Counted from the first letter of the stretch, positions 1 to 8,730 are shown. The stretch: DNA of 64,000 bases from Gammaproteobacteria bacterium (GCA_965215045.1 OZ244031.1:1386626-1450625); one strand, 5' to 3'. Numbers and translations are program-made. The notes: a model not told the origin generated them from the letters alone.

Positions 1-159
1 ATGGACCGCGGCACCGGCACAGGCGTCGACGAAAGGAGCGAGTTTCGCTTTCTTGTCGATGTGTATAAAGATGTCCGCCCACGGTGCCTGGATGGCGTCG
101 ACCAGTTTTCTCAACTGTTGCGGGCGGTCGTGTGCCAGCACCAGGTAGGCAATTTTCAT
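1..159 (-). CDS. GT14-family (core-2/I-branching) glycosyltransferase, 5' part only (tandem paralogue B, continues off-window)
   Basis: Minus-strand translation from ATG at 159-157 gives MKIAYLVLAHDRPQQLRKLVDAIQAPWADIFIHIDKKAKLAPFVDACAGA, nearly identical to the N-terminus of the downstream 156..1094 gene. Its start overlaps that gene's TGA (ATGA). Confidence 0.55.
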   Translation of the reverse strand, partial: MKIAYLVLAHDRPQQLRKLVDAIQAPWADIFIHIDKKAKLAPFVDACAGAAVH

Positions 160-1094
160 CTGCTGCCGCGGGCGTCGTTTGCGTCGTGAACACTGCCGGT
201 GGGCACCGGGTTCCCGGCGTTTTGCAGGCTTTCCAGGCGGGCGAGCGAGTGCTGATCAAACTTGCGCGCAAACAATAAATTTGCGCCCCCCAGTGCCCTC
301 TCCAGGTGTTCTCCTGTCAAATGCTCATGGTTTATGTGCAGGTGTTTTCTCTCGATGGGAAACCCGGAGTTGTACAGGATGGAGGGAATCATGTATTCGT
401 CGGCCGGCCGGGCATATTTGAAGTAGCGGAGCACGTCCGGACGCTCTGCCAGGAAGTCTAGCAGGTATTCGACGAAATCATGCCGCAGGCACGCCCACAT
501 CTCCGCGCCGTACACGGGCATGGGTCTTTTGCGCCTGGGAATTAATCGCTTGATCGGGGAGTCGCGGTAGAGGAGTGCGTAAAAAAGTCCCCAGTACAAG
601 ATTTGCACCGGGTGTCGCAGGAGGTAATAGAGCGGCCGGGTCCGGAAGCCCTGCTTGCGCAAAAAATTCTCTATGGGGATGAGATCCACGAAGTGCGGGT
701 AATCGATGGCGTTGTTTCTCTTTATCACGGGATCTCGCGTCCAGTACTCCATGAAACTTGCCTCGTTGCGTTCCAGGAATTCGCGGATCTGCTCCCGGCT
801 TTTGGTGGGATAGCAGCGACCGCTGAGTATCTTGTAGTACTTGTACTGCGGGGAGCGCATCGCCTCCAGCATGTCCAGTTGGATTTGCATCACCCCCCAA
901 CCGCTCCAGTGAATCTTGCGGCGCGGCTCATGAAAATGGACCGGGGCACCGGCGCAGGCGTCGACGAACGGGGCGAGTTTCGCTTTCTTGTCGATGTGTA
1001 TCAAGATGTCCGCCCACGGCGCCTGGATGGCGTCGACCAGTTTTCTCAACTGTTGCGGGCGGTCGTGTGCCAGGACCAGGTATGCGACTCTCAT
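156..1094 (-). CDS. Glycosyltransferase family 14 (core-2/I-branching beta-1,6-GlcNAc-transferase-like)
   Basis: 312 aa ORF MRVAYLVLAHDRPQQLRKLVDAIQAPWADILIHIDKKAKL...; the overall sequence pattern is recognisable as the Branch/GT14 family. Good GC3 codon bias. Confidence 0.6.
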   Translation of the reverse strand: MRVAYLVLAHDRPQQLRKLVDAIQAPWADILIHIDKKAKLAPFVDACAGAPVHFHEPRRKIHWSGWGVMQIQLDMLEAMRSPQYKYYKILSGRCYPTKSREQIREFLERNEASFMEYWTRDPVIKRNNAIDYPHFVDLIPIENFLRKQGFRTRPLYYLLRHPVQILYWGLFYALLYRDSPIKRLIPRRKRPMPVYGAEMWACLRHDFVEYLLDFLAERPDVLRYFKYARPADEYMIPSILYNSGFPIERKHLHINHEHLTGEHLERALGGANLLFARKFDQHSLARLESLQNAGNPVPTGSVHDANDARGSR

Positions 1095-1370
1095 CCCGTT
1101 GTTGTGTTTTTCTCGATGTATTCTGAGAGATGGTTGTAATTATAGACTGCTCGCAGGCTGTTCCCGGCAGCCTCGCAGCCGCGCTGTGCGGGTTCACGGT
1201 TCTTGTCAATGCGCAGGAAAATTCCCCCGCACACTCCCGGACGCCGGCGATTTTTGCAGTTTGTTTTTTAGTGTTTGCACCGCTGCCCGGCCGGCCGGAC
1301 ACCGGGTATCCAGGCCTTGAAGCCAGCAAGAAAAAACTTTTTAATTTTTATTTTTTTCTTGTTGTTACGC

Positions 1371-1399
1371 TTTACAAATGCGTGCAGTTTATGTATAAA
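1371..1399 (+). promoter_or_regulatory. Candidate sigma70 promoter (TTTACA -17 bp- TATAAA) for the H1/AlgP-like gene
   Basis: TTTACA at ~1371-1376 and TATAAA at ~1394-1399 with 17-bp spacing, inside an AT-rich divergent intergenic region. Confidence 0.35.
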
Positions 1400-1488
1400 T
1401 GCACGCGCTGCAGGGGGCAATGATTGTGCTGTGCTCCTTGCATTTATTTTTTATGCCGAATGACACTGCAACTACCAGGGGGAATATC

Positions 1489-2262
1489 ATGGCGATGAAG
1501 AGAACCAAGCCCGCGACCACCCGGCGCGTAAAAAAGAAAGGCAAAGGTCCGGCCAAGCGCAAAGCAGTGCGCAAGCCGGCGGCGAAAGTCGTCAAGACCG
1601 CCGCCGTCCTGGGTGCTGAGAAAACAGTTGCCAAGCTGGTACGCGAGTTGTCGGTTGCCGCCACCGCCACCGACGCCGCTCGCCGCAAGGCCGATGCGGC
1701 GCGCAAGACCGCACTTGCCAGGAAAACCGCGGGAGCCCGGCGCACGGCCCGGGCCGCTCGCAAGTCCGCCACTACGGTCGCCAGGCGTGCGACCACGATC
1801 CGGGCCCGCCTGGCCCAGTCGCGTCGCAAACTGGTCGATGCCCGGGCCCAGGCCCGGGTGCGGGCCCTGGAAGCGACCGGCAGGGCGAAGCTGGCACAGC
1901 GCAGGAACGAGATGAAGCGGGGCCTGGACGGCAGTTTGCGCAAGGCGGTTGCCGTGTTCAGCAAGAACTGGCGCAAGAAAAGCGAACACAAAATTGATGT
2001 CACGATCCGGCGCGCCGAACGCAAGCTGATGAAGCGGGTGAAGACCGCCGAACGCAAGCTGGAGAAAGCGACCGCCGCCCGCAAGACCGTGAAGGCCCGG
2101 AAAAAAGTGGTGCGCAAGACGGCGAGACGCAAGCCCGCCGCCAGGGCCCAGGCCCGCAAACCCGCAGCCGCCAAGAAAGTTGCGGCGCGCAAACCGGCGA
2201 GGAAAGCAGCCAGGAAAGTGGTGCGCAGAAAGACGGGGCACCGGGCAGCCGCCAGGAAATAA
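1489..2262 (+). CDS. Histone H1-like / AlgP-like lysine-alanine-rich basic DNA-binding protein
   Basis: ATG preceded by GGGGGA SD; extremely basic low-complexity product rich in KPAA/AARK/ARKA repeats (MAMKRTKPATTRRVKKKGKGPAKRKAVRKPAAK...). Followed by a rho-independent terminator. Confidence 0.6.
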   Translation: MAMKRTKPATTRRVKKKGKGPAKRKAVRKPAAKVVKTAAVLGAEKTVAKLVRELSVAATATDAARRKADAARKTALARKTAGARRTARAARKSATTVARRATTIRARLAQSRRKLVDARAQARVRALEATGRAKLAQRRNEMKRGLDGSLRKAVAVFSKNWRKKSEHKIDVTIRRAERKLMKRVKTAERKLEKATAARKTVKARKKVVRKTARRKPAARAQARKPAAAKKVAARKPARKAARKVVRRKTGHRAAARK

Positions 2263-2337
2263 AATCCCGCTGCATTTCCCATTTCGGGTTCCCTTCCGGG
2301 TCGCCCTGGCCCTGCATTCCAGGGGCTGGGGCAAGAA

Positions 2338-2376
2338 CAGCGGCGTCATGTCTGCATGACGCCGCTGTTTTTTTAA
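2338..2376 (+). terminator. Rho-independent terminator
   Basis: Perfect stem cagcggcgtcatg / catgacgccgctg followed by TTTTTTT. Confidence 0.7.
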
Positions 2377-2404
2377 AAAGACCGCGGAGACATGTTTCCC
2401 TGCA

Positions 2405-3106
2405 ATGCAATTGCTGGCTTTTGAGGCGGCCACGGAAGACTGTTCCGTGGCTTTCTTCGACTCGGGACGCATCCGTGAGCGCAACGCCCGGGCGCGCGCC
2501 GGAAGTGCCCAGGTCCTGCTGCCGATGGCCCGGGAGCTGCTCGCAGAATGCGGGGTTGAACTCCGCATGATGGACGTCCTGGCCTTCGGCCGGGGGCCGG
2601 GCTCTTTCACCGGTCTCAGGGTGTGCGCCGCCACCGTGCAGGGACTGGCCTATGGGGCGCAACTGCCGGTGCTGCCACTGGATGTCCTGGCGGTCCTGGC
2701 CCAGGGCATGCTGCGCACTGCCGGTGCCGCCGCCGGTGAACGGTTGGCACCGCTGCTGGATGCGCGAGTCGGACAGGTGTATTGCGGTCTCTACGAGGCG
2801 CAGGACGGCGTGGTTCGAGCCTTGGCGGAAGACCGGCTCTGCACCCCGGAACAGGCCCTGGCATTCCTGGAGGAGGCCGGGGGACCATGGCGGGCGGTGG
2901 GCGCAGACTGGCACACCGTGCCGGGCCTGGCGGCGCACCCGGGGCGGGACGCCGTGCCTCTTTTTCCCCGGGCATCGGACACGGCGACGCTGGCGGCGCA
3001 TGCGCTGCGCCGTGGAACCCGGCCCGTGGCACCGGAACAGGCCCTGCCCCTGTACCTGCGGGGTGCGGGGGCGTGGGAGAAGCGCGCCGGCAGCGAGGCG
3101 GGTTGA
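2405..3106 (+). CDS. tsaB: tRNA threonylcarbamoyladenosine biosynthesis protein TsaB (YeaZ)
   Basis: MQLLAFEAATEDCSVAF..GPGSFTGLRV motifs typical of TsaB/YeaZ; stop overlaps uppP start (TGATG). Confidence 0.75.
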   Translation: MQLLAFEAATEDCSVAFFDSGRIRERNARARAGSAQVLLPMARELLAECGVELRMMDVLAFGRGPGSFTGLRVCAATVQGLAYGAQLPVLPLDVLAVLAQGMLRTAGAAAGERLAPLLDARVGQVYCGLYEAQDGVVRALAEDRLCTPEQALAFLEEAGGPWRAVGADWHTVPGLAAHPGRDAVPLFPRASDTATLAAHALRRGTRPVAPEQALPLYLRGAGAWEKRAGSEAG

Positions 3107-3903
3107 TGGGAGATACCGCACAGACCGTCGTGCTGGCGATATTGCAGGGACTGACGGAGTTCCTGCCGATTTCCAGTTCCGCGCACCTGCTGTTGCCCGG
3201 TATATGGCTGGGCTGGCCCGAAAAAGGGCTGGCGTTTGACGTCGCCGTGCACGCCGGCACGCTGCTGGCCGTGGCGACTTATTTTCGCCGGGATTTGTGG
3301 GGCTTGTTCACGGCGTGGTGTGCCAGCGTAACGGGCCGGCACACCGCCCAGGGCCGCCTGGCCTGGCTGTTGATCCTGGCCACGCTGCCTGCTGCCGGCA
3401 CCGGCCTGTTGTTGCACGGCGTCATCGAGACCCACCTGCGCAGTGCCATCCTGATCGCCTGGACCACCGTGTTGTTCGCCCTGCTTTTATGGTATGCCGA
3501 CCGGCGGGGCGCACGGTGCGATGCAATGCACAGCCTGCGCTGGCGCGGGGCACTGCTGATCGGTTGTTTCCAGGCACTGGCCCTGGTTCCCGGGGTCTCG
3601 CGCGCCGGCATCTGTCTCAGTGCCGGCCTGTTGCTGGGTCTCAGGCGCACCGATGCGGCGCGTTTTTCCTTCTTGCTGGCACTGCCGATCATCGCCGCCG
3701 CTTCCGGCCTGGAATTCCTGGAATTGCGCCGCGCCCCGCAACCGGGCGCGTGGGAGGAATTGCTGCTGGGCTTTGTGTTGGCGGCATTGACCGCGCACCT
3801 GTGCATCGGTGTTTTCCTGCGCCTGGTCGAACGGATCGGTCTGCTGCCCTTCGTGATCTACCGCCTGGTGCTGGGCGCGGCCTTGTTTTTATCCCTGCCT
3901 TAG
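3106..3903 (+). CDS. uppP: Undecaprenyl-diphosphatase
   Basis: MGDTAQTVVLAILQGLTEFLPISSSAHLLL... is the classic BacA/UppP N-terminal motif; ~265 aa. The longer 2782 ORF start was rejected because it overlaps tsaB. Confidence 0.9.
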   Translation: MGDTAQTVVLAILQGLTEFLPISSSAHLLLPGIWLGWPEKGLAFDVAVHAGTLLAVATYFRRDLWGLFTAWCASVTGRHTAQGRLAWLLILATLPAAGTGLLLHGVIETHLRSAILIAWTTVLFALLLWYADRRGARCDAMHSLRWRGALLIGCFQALALVPGVSRAGICLSAGLLLGLRRTDAARFSFLLALPIIAAASGLEFLELRRAPQPGAWEELLLGFVLAALTAHLCIGVFLRLVERIGLLPFVIYRLVLGAALFLSLP

Positions 3904-4005
3904 TATTCCCCGCCCTGCAAGCACTGGAAACAGTCGCGCAAGTGCTGGAAACAGTCGCTGGAAACGGCCGCGCAAGCACTTCCCGGCGTCCCGTGCCGGC
4001 GCAGG

Positions 4006-4014
4006 TGGTACAAT
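4006..4014 (+). promoter_or_regulatory. Candidate extended -10 element (TGGTACAAT) upstream of trpS
   Basis: TGnTACAAT motif ~43 nt upstream of the trpS GTG start; no convincing -35. Confidence 0.3.
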
Positions 4015-4056
4015 GAAAAACAGCATGGAATTTCCTGCAGAGATACTATTTCAGTC

Positions 4057-5064
4057 GTGCACAAGCAGCGTGTTCTCACCGGTATTACCACGACCGGTGC
4101 CCCGCACCTGGGGAATTATGCCGGTGCCATTCGCCGCGCCGTCGACCTCAGCCGCGATGCTTCCATAGAATCTTTCTACTTCTTGGCCGACTACCACGCA
4201 CTGGCCAAATGTGATGACCCCGAGCGGGTTGCGCGCGCCACGCTGGAGGTCGCCGCCGGCTGGCTCGCCCTGGGCCTCGACGTGGAGCACGCGCTTTTTT
4301 ACCGGCAGTCGGATATCCCTGAAATTGCCGAGCTCACATGGCTCTTGCACTGCGTGGCGGCGAAGGGGCTCATGAACCGGGCGCATGCCTACAAGGCCGC
4401 GGTGTCTGAAAACACGGGGGCCGGGGAGGACCCCGACCGGGCGATCACCATGGCGCTGTTCTGTTACCCGGTGCTGATGGCGGCGGATATCTTGCTTTTC
4501 AAGGCGCATCGCGTCCCGGTGGGCAGTGACCAGAAGCAGCACGTGGAGATGACCCGCGACATCGCACAGCGTTTCAATCATCATTACGGGGAACGGTTCG
4601 TGCTGCCGGAGGCGGAGTTGCCGGAGGGTGGGGAGACGTTGCCGGGGTTGGATGGCCGGAAAATGAGCAAGAGTTACGACAACACGATTCCGCTGTTTGC
4701 CGAACGGAAAAACTTGCGCAAGCTGGTGATGAAAATCAAGACCAATTCCCAACCGCCCGAAGAGCCCAAGAACCCCGAGGGCTGCACCCTGTTCCAGCTC
4801 TACAATGCTTTTGCCGGCCGTGAACAGGGCGAGGAACTGCGCAATCTCTATGCCCGGGGCATCGCCTGGGGCGAGGTCAAGGAACGCTTGTTCGCACTGC
4901 TGGATGCGGAACTGGAAGAACCGCGCCGCAAGTACCAGGCCCTGTTGGCGGACAGCGCGCAACTGGAAGAGACTTTGCAGCAGGGTGCCCGGCGCGCGCG
5001 CGAGTTGAGCGGCCCGTTCATGCGTGAGTTGCGCCATGCGGTCGGCTTGCGCCCCCTGCACTGA
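4057..5064 (+). CDS. trpS: Tryptophan--tRNA ligase
   Basis: GTG start; class I aaRS motifs TGAPHLGNY (HIGH-like) and KMSKS present. Confidence 0.9.
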   Translation: MHKQRVLTGITTTGAPHLGNYAGAIRRAVDLSRDASIESFYFLADYHALAKCDDPERVARATLEVAAGWLALGLDVEHALFYRQSDIPEIAELTWLLHCVAAKGLMNRAHAYKAAVSENTGAGEDPDRAITMALFCYPVLMAADILLFKAHRVPVGSDQKQHVEMTRDIAQRFNHHYGERFVLPEAELPEGGETLPGLDGRKMSKSYDNTIPLFAERKNLRKLVMKIKTNSQPPEEPKNPEGCTLFQLYNAFAGREQGEELRNLYARGIAWGEVKERLFALLDAELEEPRRKYQALLADSAQLEETLQQGARRARELSGPFMRELRHAVGLRPLH

Positions 5065-5065
5065 T

Positions 5066-5227
5066 CCGGGTTCTTGTTTTTTTATGCCGTGGAGGAATGC
5101 TTGCGATGAGTTGCGGGTTCTTGTTTTTTTGTGCCGTGGAGGAATGCTTGCGATGAGTCGCGGGTTCTTGTTTTTTTATGCCGTGGAGGAATGCTTGCGA
5201 TGAGTCGCGGGTTCTTGTTTTTTTCGC
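5066..5227 (+). repeat. Tandem direct repeat, ~47 bp x 3.4, duplicating the SD + start codon + first codons of the downstream MotA/ExbB-like gene
   Basis: Unit cgggttcttgtttttttatgccgtggaggaatgcttgcgatgagt repeated head-to-tail; copies differ at 1-2 positions. Confidence 0.85.
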
Positions 5228-6243
5228 TGGTATTGTTCAGCCTGATTTTTGCCAACCTGGGATACCTGCTGGGTCTCTCCCCGTGGCTGGGCCTGGCTCC
5301 CCCGCTGCTGTTGGTGCCGTCCTGGCTCCTGTTGCGCCGCACGGCGGACGGTGCGGGACGGGTCCGACTCGCACTCGTGCTCTGCAACCAATTGAGCCTG
5401 CTGCTGGTGGCACTGGCACTGGCCGGCCAGGCCTGGTTCGTGCTGGCCGAGACCGGCGTCTCCGTCAGGATCGGTCCTCTGCTGCCGCTGTTCGTGGCGG
5501 CACTCGCTCTCTACCTGTTGCACGTCTCCCTGTCCCGCCTGCGCGCCCGGGACGTGCCCGGCATGCCGCATTTCCTGCAACTGCTGACCGGGCCGGCACT
5601 GTTGCCCACCGTGTGCACGGGCCTGATCCTCACCGCCTTTGCCCTGGTGCTGCTCGACTGGCTGCAAACGGATCTCGGCATTTTGCAGAGTGTCTCGGTG
5701 CGTTTCCTGGAGCGCGGCCTCATCCCGCCGCTGACCCTGCTGTTGTTTTTTTGCGGGCTCCTGATCCTGGTCAGCAAGTGGGGAGCAAACTGGTACCTGT
5801 ACCAGGTGCTGGCCGGCCGGCTCGGCACGGAAACCGCCATGCGCATCGCTGCGACTATCGCCGCCCTGGGTTCGCCGCGGCGCGAAATCCTGGAAGACCA
5901 ATTGCAGTTGATCCGCTATCGTTCCGAGGAGTCCTACCTGATCCCGCGTTATATCAGCTGGGCGGTGCCGATTCTCGGTTTTATCGGCACGGTGCTCGGC
6001 ATCTCCCTGGCGGCGGACGGCATCCGCCGTATCGTCAGTTCGCAAGAGGGGCTCACCGGGCTTTCCAGTGACCTGGGACAGGCGATCGCCCCGCTGGGGA
6101 TCGCCTTTGACACCACCCTGATCGCCCTGTCGCTGAGCGTGGTCCTGACCCTGATCCTGACCCTGGTGCAGCGCGGCGAGGAGCGGGTGCTCTCCGGCCT
6201 GGAGGAGCGGCTGCGGGGAGCGAGCAGTGGCACCTCGCACTGA
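5200..6243 (+). CDS. MotA/TolQ/ExbB-family proton-channel protein, long form (~347 aa) with a polytopic N-terminal extension
   Basis: ATG at 5200 preceded by GGAGGA; C-terminal region AVPILGFIGTVLGISLA...LGQAIAPLGIAFDTTLIALSLSVVLTLIL matches the MotA/TolQ/ExbB channel signature. An in-frame upstream GTG at 5131 lies within the repeat. Confidence 0.6.
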   Translation: MSRGFLFFSLVLFSLIFANLGYLLGLSPWLGLAPPLLLVPSWLLLRRTADGAGRVRLALVLCNQLSLLLVALALAGQAWFVLAETGVSVRIGPLLPLFVAALALYLLHVSLSRLRARDVPGMPHFLQLLTGPALLPTVCTGLILTAFALVLLDWLQTDLGILQSVSVRFLERGLIPPLTLLLFFCGLLILVSKWGANWYLYQVLAGRLGTETAMRIAATIAALGSPRREILEDQLQLIRYRSEESYLIPRYISWAVPILGFIGTVLGISLAADGIRRIVSSQEGLTGLSSDLGQAIAPLGIAFDTTLIALSLSVVLTLILTLVQRGEERVLSGLEERLRGASSGTSH

Positions 6244-6769
6244 GTCCAGGGGGCCGGGAGGTGCCGCCCGGGGCCTGCGCCGGCAGGAGGAAAACAATGC
6301 GCCGCTGCTGGCACTGTTTGGCGGCATTTTCGCCCTGCTGCTGGTGTTCTTGCTGCTGGTCAACCTGCTGTTTGAAGAATCCCTGCGAGAACGCCTGGAG
6401 CAGGCGGAGGAGAAGGGGCTCTACCGTATCCAGTCCGAGTACGGCGGCGAGGGTTTCGTGGTGATCACCTTCCCGGAGACCCTGCGCATCGTCGAGACCG
6501 GGGAAGGCGTGCAGCGGGGCCGTATATGCGAGGAGAGCAGTGTCTTCGTCCAGTACGCCCGGCGCGTCTACAGCAAGGACCGCAAACAACTGGTCTTTGC
6601 GCTTTTAGAGGGCAGCGTGTCGACCATGGCCGAAGCCCGGGGGTGTATTCGCCAGTTGATGCCCAACCGGCCGCTGAACATCGGCTGGATCATGGCGGAC
6701 AATGAATTGCTGAAGTCGGTGTCGCTGGACGATATCCCCCCGTACATCCGCGATTTTGCTGAACCCTGA
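6227..6769 (+). CDS. ExbD/TolR-like single-pass membrane protein (putative)
   Basis: GTG start overlapping the upstream stop; Arg-rich N-terminus then TM NNAPLLALFGGIFALLLVFLLLVNLL resembling the ExbD NxTPxxDVxLVLLIIF anchor, followed by a ~110 aa periplasmic domain. Good codon bias. Confidence 0.45.
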   Translation: MAPRTESRGPGGAARGLRRQEENNAPLLALFGGIFALLLVFLLLVNLLFEESLRERLEQAEEKGLYRIQSEYGGEGFVVITFPETLRIVETGEGVQRGRICEESSVFVQYARRVYSKDRKQLVFALLEGSVSTMAEARGCIRQLMPNRPLNIGWIMADNELLKSVSLDDIPPYIRDFAEP

Positions 6770-6801
6770 GTGATGCGGGAGAGAATGTCTGCATCGGGTG
6801 G

Positions 6802-8727
6802 TTGCGAGGCGCACATCGCCGCCGCTCGCCACCGCACCCGGGCCCCGTGAGACAGCGTCTGCCCGATTTCGCCGGCGTCGCGCTGGTCGATATCCTCGCC
6901 AACGGCGTCGGGATGCTGATTATCATCATTGTGCTCAGCATCTCCGCGCGCTTTGCCCAGGAGGAAAAGCAGTTGGAGCAGGTCGACGATGTCTCGGTGG
7001 TGTTGAGTCGCCAACTGGCGACTTCCATCGTGCTGAACACGCTGTCTGCCGCCCCGCCGGCGCGCCTGCACGATTACGAGAAGTCGCCGCTGGACCAGAA
7101 CCTGGATTTCCAGCGCATTCCCATCCTCGAACTGCACCGGGAATTCGTCCGTGATTATTACAGCGGCCGGGTCTTTTTACGCAAGGAATTGCTGCTGGAA
7201 CAAAATCGTCTCGACGAGTTTGTCGCCGCCTTCAGCCCGCTCCAGAAACGGGGTATCCGGGTGGACATCTATGATATTCGACAGTTTTACCTGGCGATGT
7301 CTATTCTGCGCACCCACGGCATCGACCCGCGGCACTGGCACTTTCTCAGCGGCGGTGGCATGGGCGTGCAGGATGCCGGTTTTTGTCCGGGCGGCACGCC
7401 GGGCAGCGAGTGTACCGGCATCGGCGGCGGTGCCGGTGCCGAGGTCCTGGCACAGCGGGACCTGGACCGGCTGTTTGCCGATGGTTCCGATGCCCGTGGG
7501 GAAGAGGAGGGCGATGCAGAGGACGGGGAGGGTTCCGGCACCGGGGGGGAAGGGCAGGAGGAGGCACCGGCCGTGGCGGCCGGGGGAGGGGCCGGGGGAG
7601 GCGAAGGAGAAGAGGGGGGCGAAGACGCAGAGGAGACCGGTGCCCAGTGGTTGCCCGGTGAATCGGACTTGTCAAACATCGCCCAGGGCTCGGCCGCAAG
7701 CCTGGTGCGGTTTCCCGCCAGCGGTGCCATTCCGCAGAGTGCAGATGCCCCGGGTGCCGGTAGCGCAGATTCGATGGCGGGCCAGCCATTGGACAGTTCC
7801 CACCAGGACCTGATGCAGAGCATCGGCAGAAGCAGTACCTTGCAGGACAACGGCCAGGGCAGTGCAGTGCGCCCGCAAAAGGCGCGCTTTCGCCGGGCGG
7901 TGCCGGAAGAGAATGAGCGGCAGCGAAACCGGAGGAATAACGGCTCCCCCGGCGAGCAGACCCGCAGGCTCGACACACTGCCGCCCCTGCGTGATATCCT
8001 GGCGATCCTGCTGGGCTACATGCGCGAAGTGCAGGAACTGCTGGACCGGGGTCAGTCCCCGCTGCCCTTGTTGCAGGGTTTCAGCGACAGCATGGAGGAG
8101 CAGTTGCAGAACCCGCCGCCCGTGCGCGCCGCAGACGAGGAGCTGATTCTCCCCCTGGTCGAACATTTCATCGCCTACTGGCCCGATGATTCGGCACCGG
8201 ACGTTCGACAGGAATTGCGCCCGCAATTGTCTTCGGCGGCACTGATTTTGCCACCCAATACCGGGGTGGAGGAACTGGTACTGGGCGGGAACGAGTACCA
8301 GGAAAAACTGCCGGAGCTGCCGTCACCCAAGCCGGTGCGGGTGCGTATCAACCTGTATCCCAGCGTGTTTCGCGGGCTGTTGCAGAACCTGGAACTTCAC
8401 AGCGTACTGCTGATGCCCCCCGAACAGCAGGACCCGGGACAGTTCCGCTGGCGGGCGGTAACCTACATTTCACCGGCCTTTGATGATTATGTCTTCGGCT
8501 TTGTCTACGCGGCCCTGGATGCGGACGGCGAACTTCTGGTGCAGGCCGATGCCAACCGCGTGCAGGTGGGTCAGCACTTCACCCGTACCGTCGCCCCTCC
8601 CAGGGAGTTTGACGTGCGCGACTGGATGACGCTCTTCTATGCGCTGCTGGTCGGCGCCCTGCTGTTGTTCCTGGTGCCGGCACTCGCCTACTGGTGGCGG
8701 GTGCGCCGTCCCGTGCCGGCGCACTGA
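6802..8727 (+). CDS. Large membrane protein with ExbD/TolR-like N-terminal anchor, acidic Gly/Glu-rich disordered linker, globular C-terminal domain and C-terminal TM helix
   Basis: TTG start (alternative GTG ~6847). N-terminal TM VALVDILANGVGMLIIIIVLSI is ExbD-like; residues ~200-290 are GGGxGEGEEGGED low-complexity; ends with TM WMTLFYALLVGALLLFLVPALAYWW. Confidence 0.5.
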   Translation: MRGAHRRRSPPHPGPVRQRLPDFAGVALVDILANGVGMLIIIIVLSISARFAQEEKQLEQVDDVSVVLSRQLATSIVLNTLSAAPPARLHDYEKSPLDQNLDFQRIPILELHREFVRDYYSGRVFLRKELLLEQNRLDEFVAAFSPLQKRGIRVDIYDIRQFYLAMSILRTHGIDPRHWHFLSGGGMGVQDAGFCPGGTPGSECTGIGGGAGAEVLAQRDLDRLFADGSDARGEEEGDAEDGEGSGTGGEGQEEAPAVAAGGGAGGGEGEEGGEDAEETGAQWLPGESDLSNIAQGSAASLVRFPASGAIPQSADAPGAGSADSMAGQPLDSSHQDLMQSIGRSSTLQDNGQGSAVRPQKARFRRAVPEENERQRNRRNNGSPGEQTRRLDTLPPLRDILAILLGYMREVQELLDRGQSPLPLLQGFSDSMEEQLQNPPPVRAADEELILPLVEHFIAYWPDDSAPDVRQELRPQLSSAALILPPNTGVEELVLGGNEYQEKLPELPSPKPVRVRINLYPSVFRGLLQNLELHSVLLMPPEQQDPGQFRWRAVTYISPAFDDYVFGFVYAALDADGELLVQADANRVQVGQHFTRTVAPPREFDVRDWMTLFYALLVGALLLFLVPALAYWWRVRRPVPAH

Positions 8728-8730
8728 GCG

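Noticed and set aside
1389-2634. Long minus-strand ORFs (1389..2282, 1444..2634) antisense to the H1/AlgP-like gene
   Set aside because: GC-rich repeat sequence is open in several frames; the products are Arg/Ala/Pro junk with no SD or terminator, while the plus-strand gene has promoter, SD and terminator.
3900-4000. Possible terminator/attenuator hairpins in gcaagcactggaaacagtcgcgcaagtgctggaaacagtcgc downstream of uppP
   Set aside because: Stems are short and imperfect with no U-tract; not convincing as an intrinsic terminator.
6261-6464. 67-aa Cys/Trp-rich ORF preceded by a perfect AGGAGGA SD inside the ExbD-like gene region
   Set aside because: Product is low-complexity (CWCSCCWSTCC); the overlapping frame has protein-like composition and codon bias, so the SD-like sequence is coincidental coding sequence (RQEEN).
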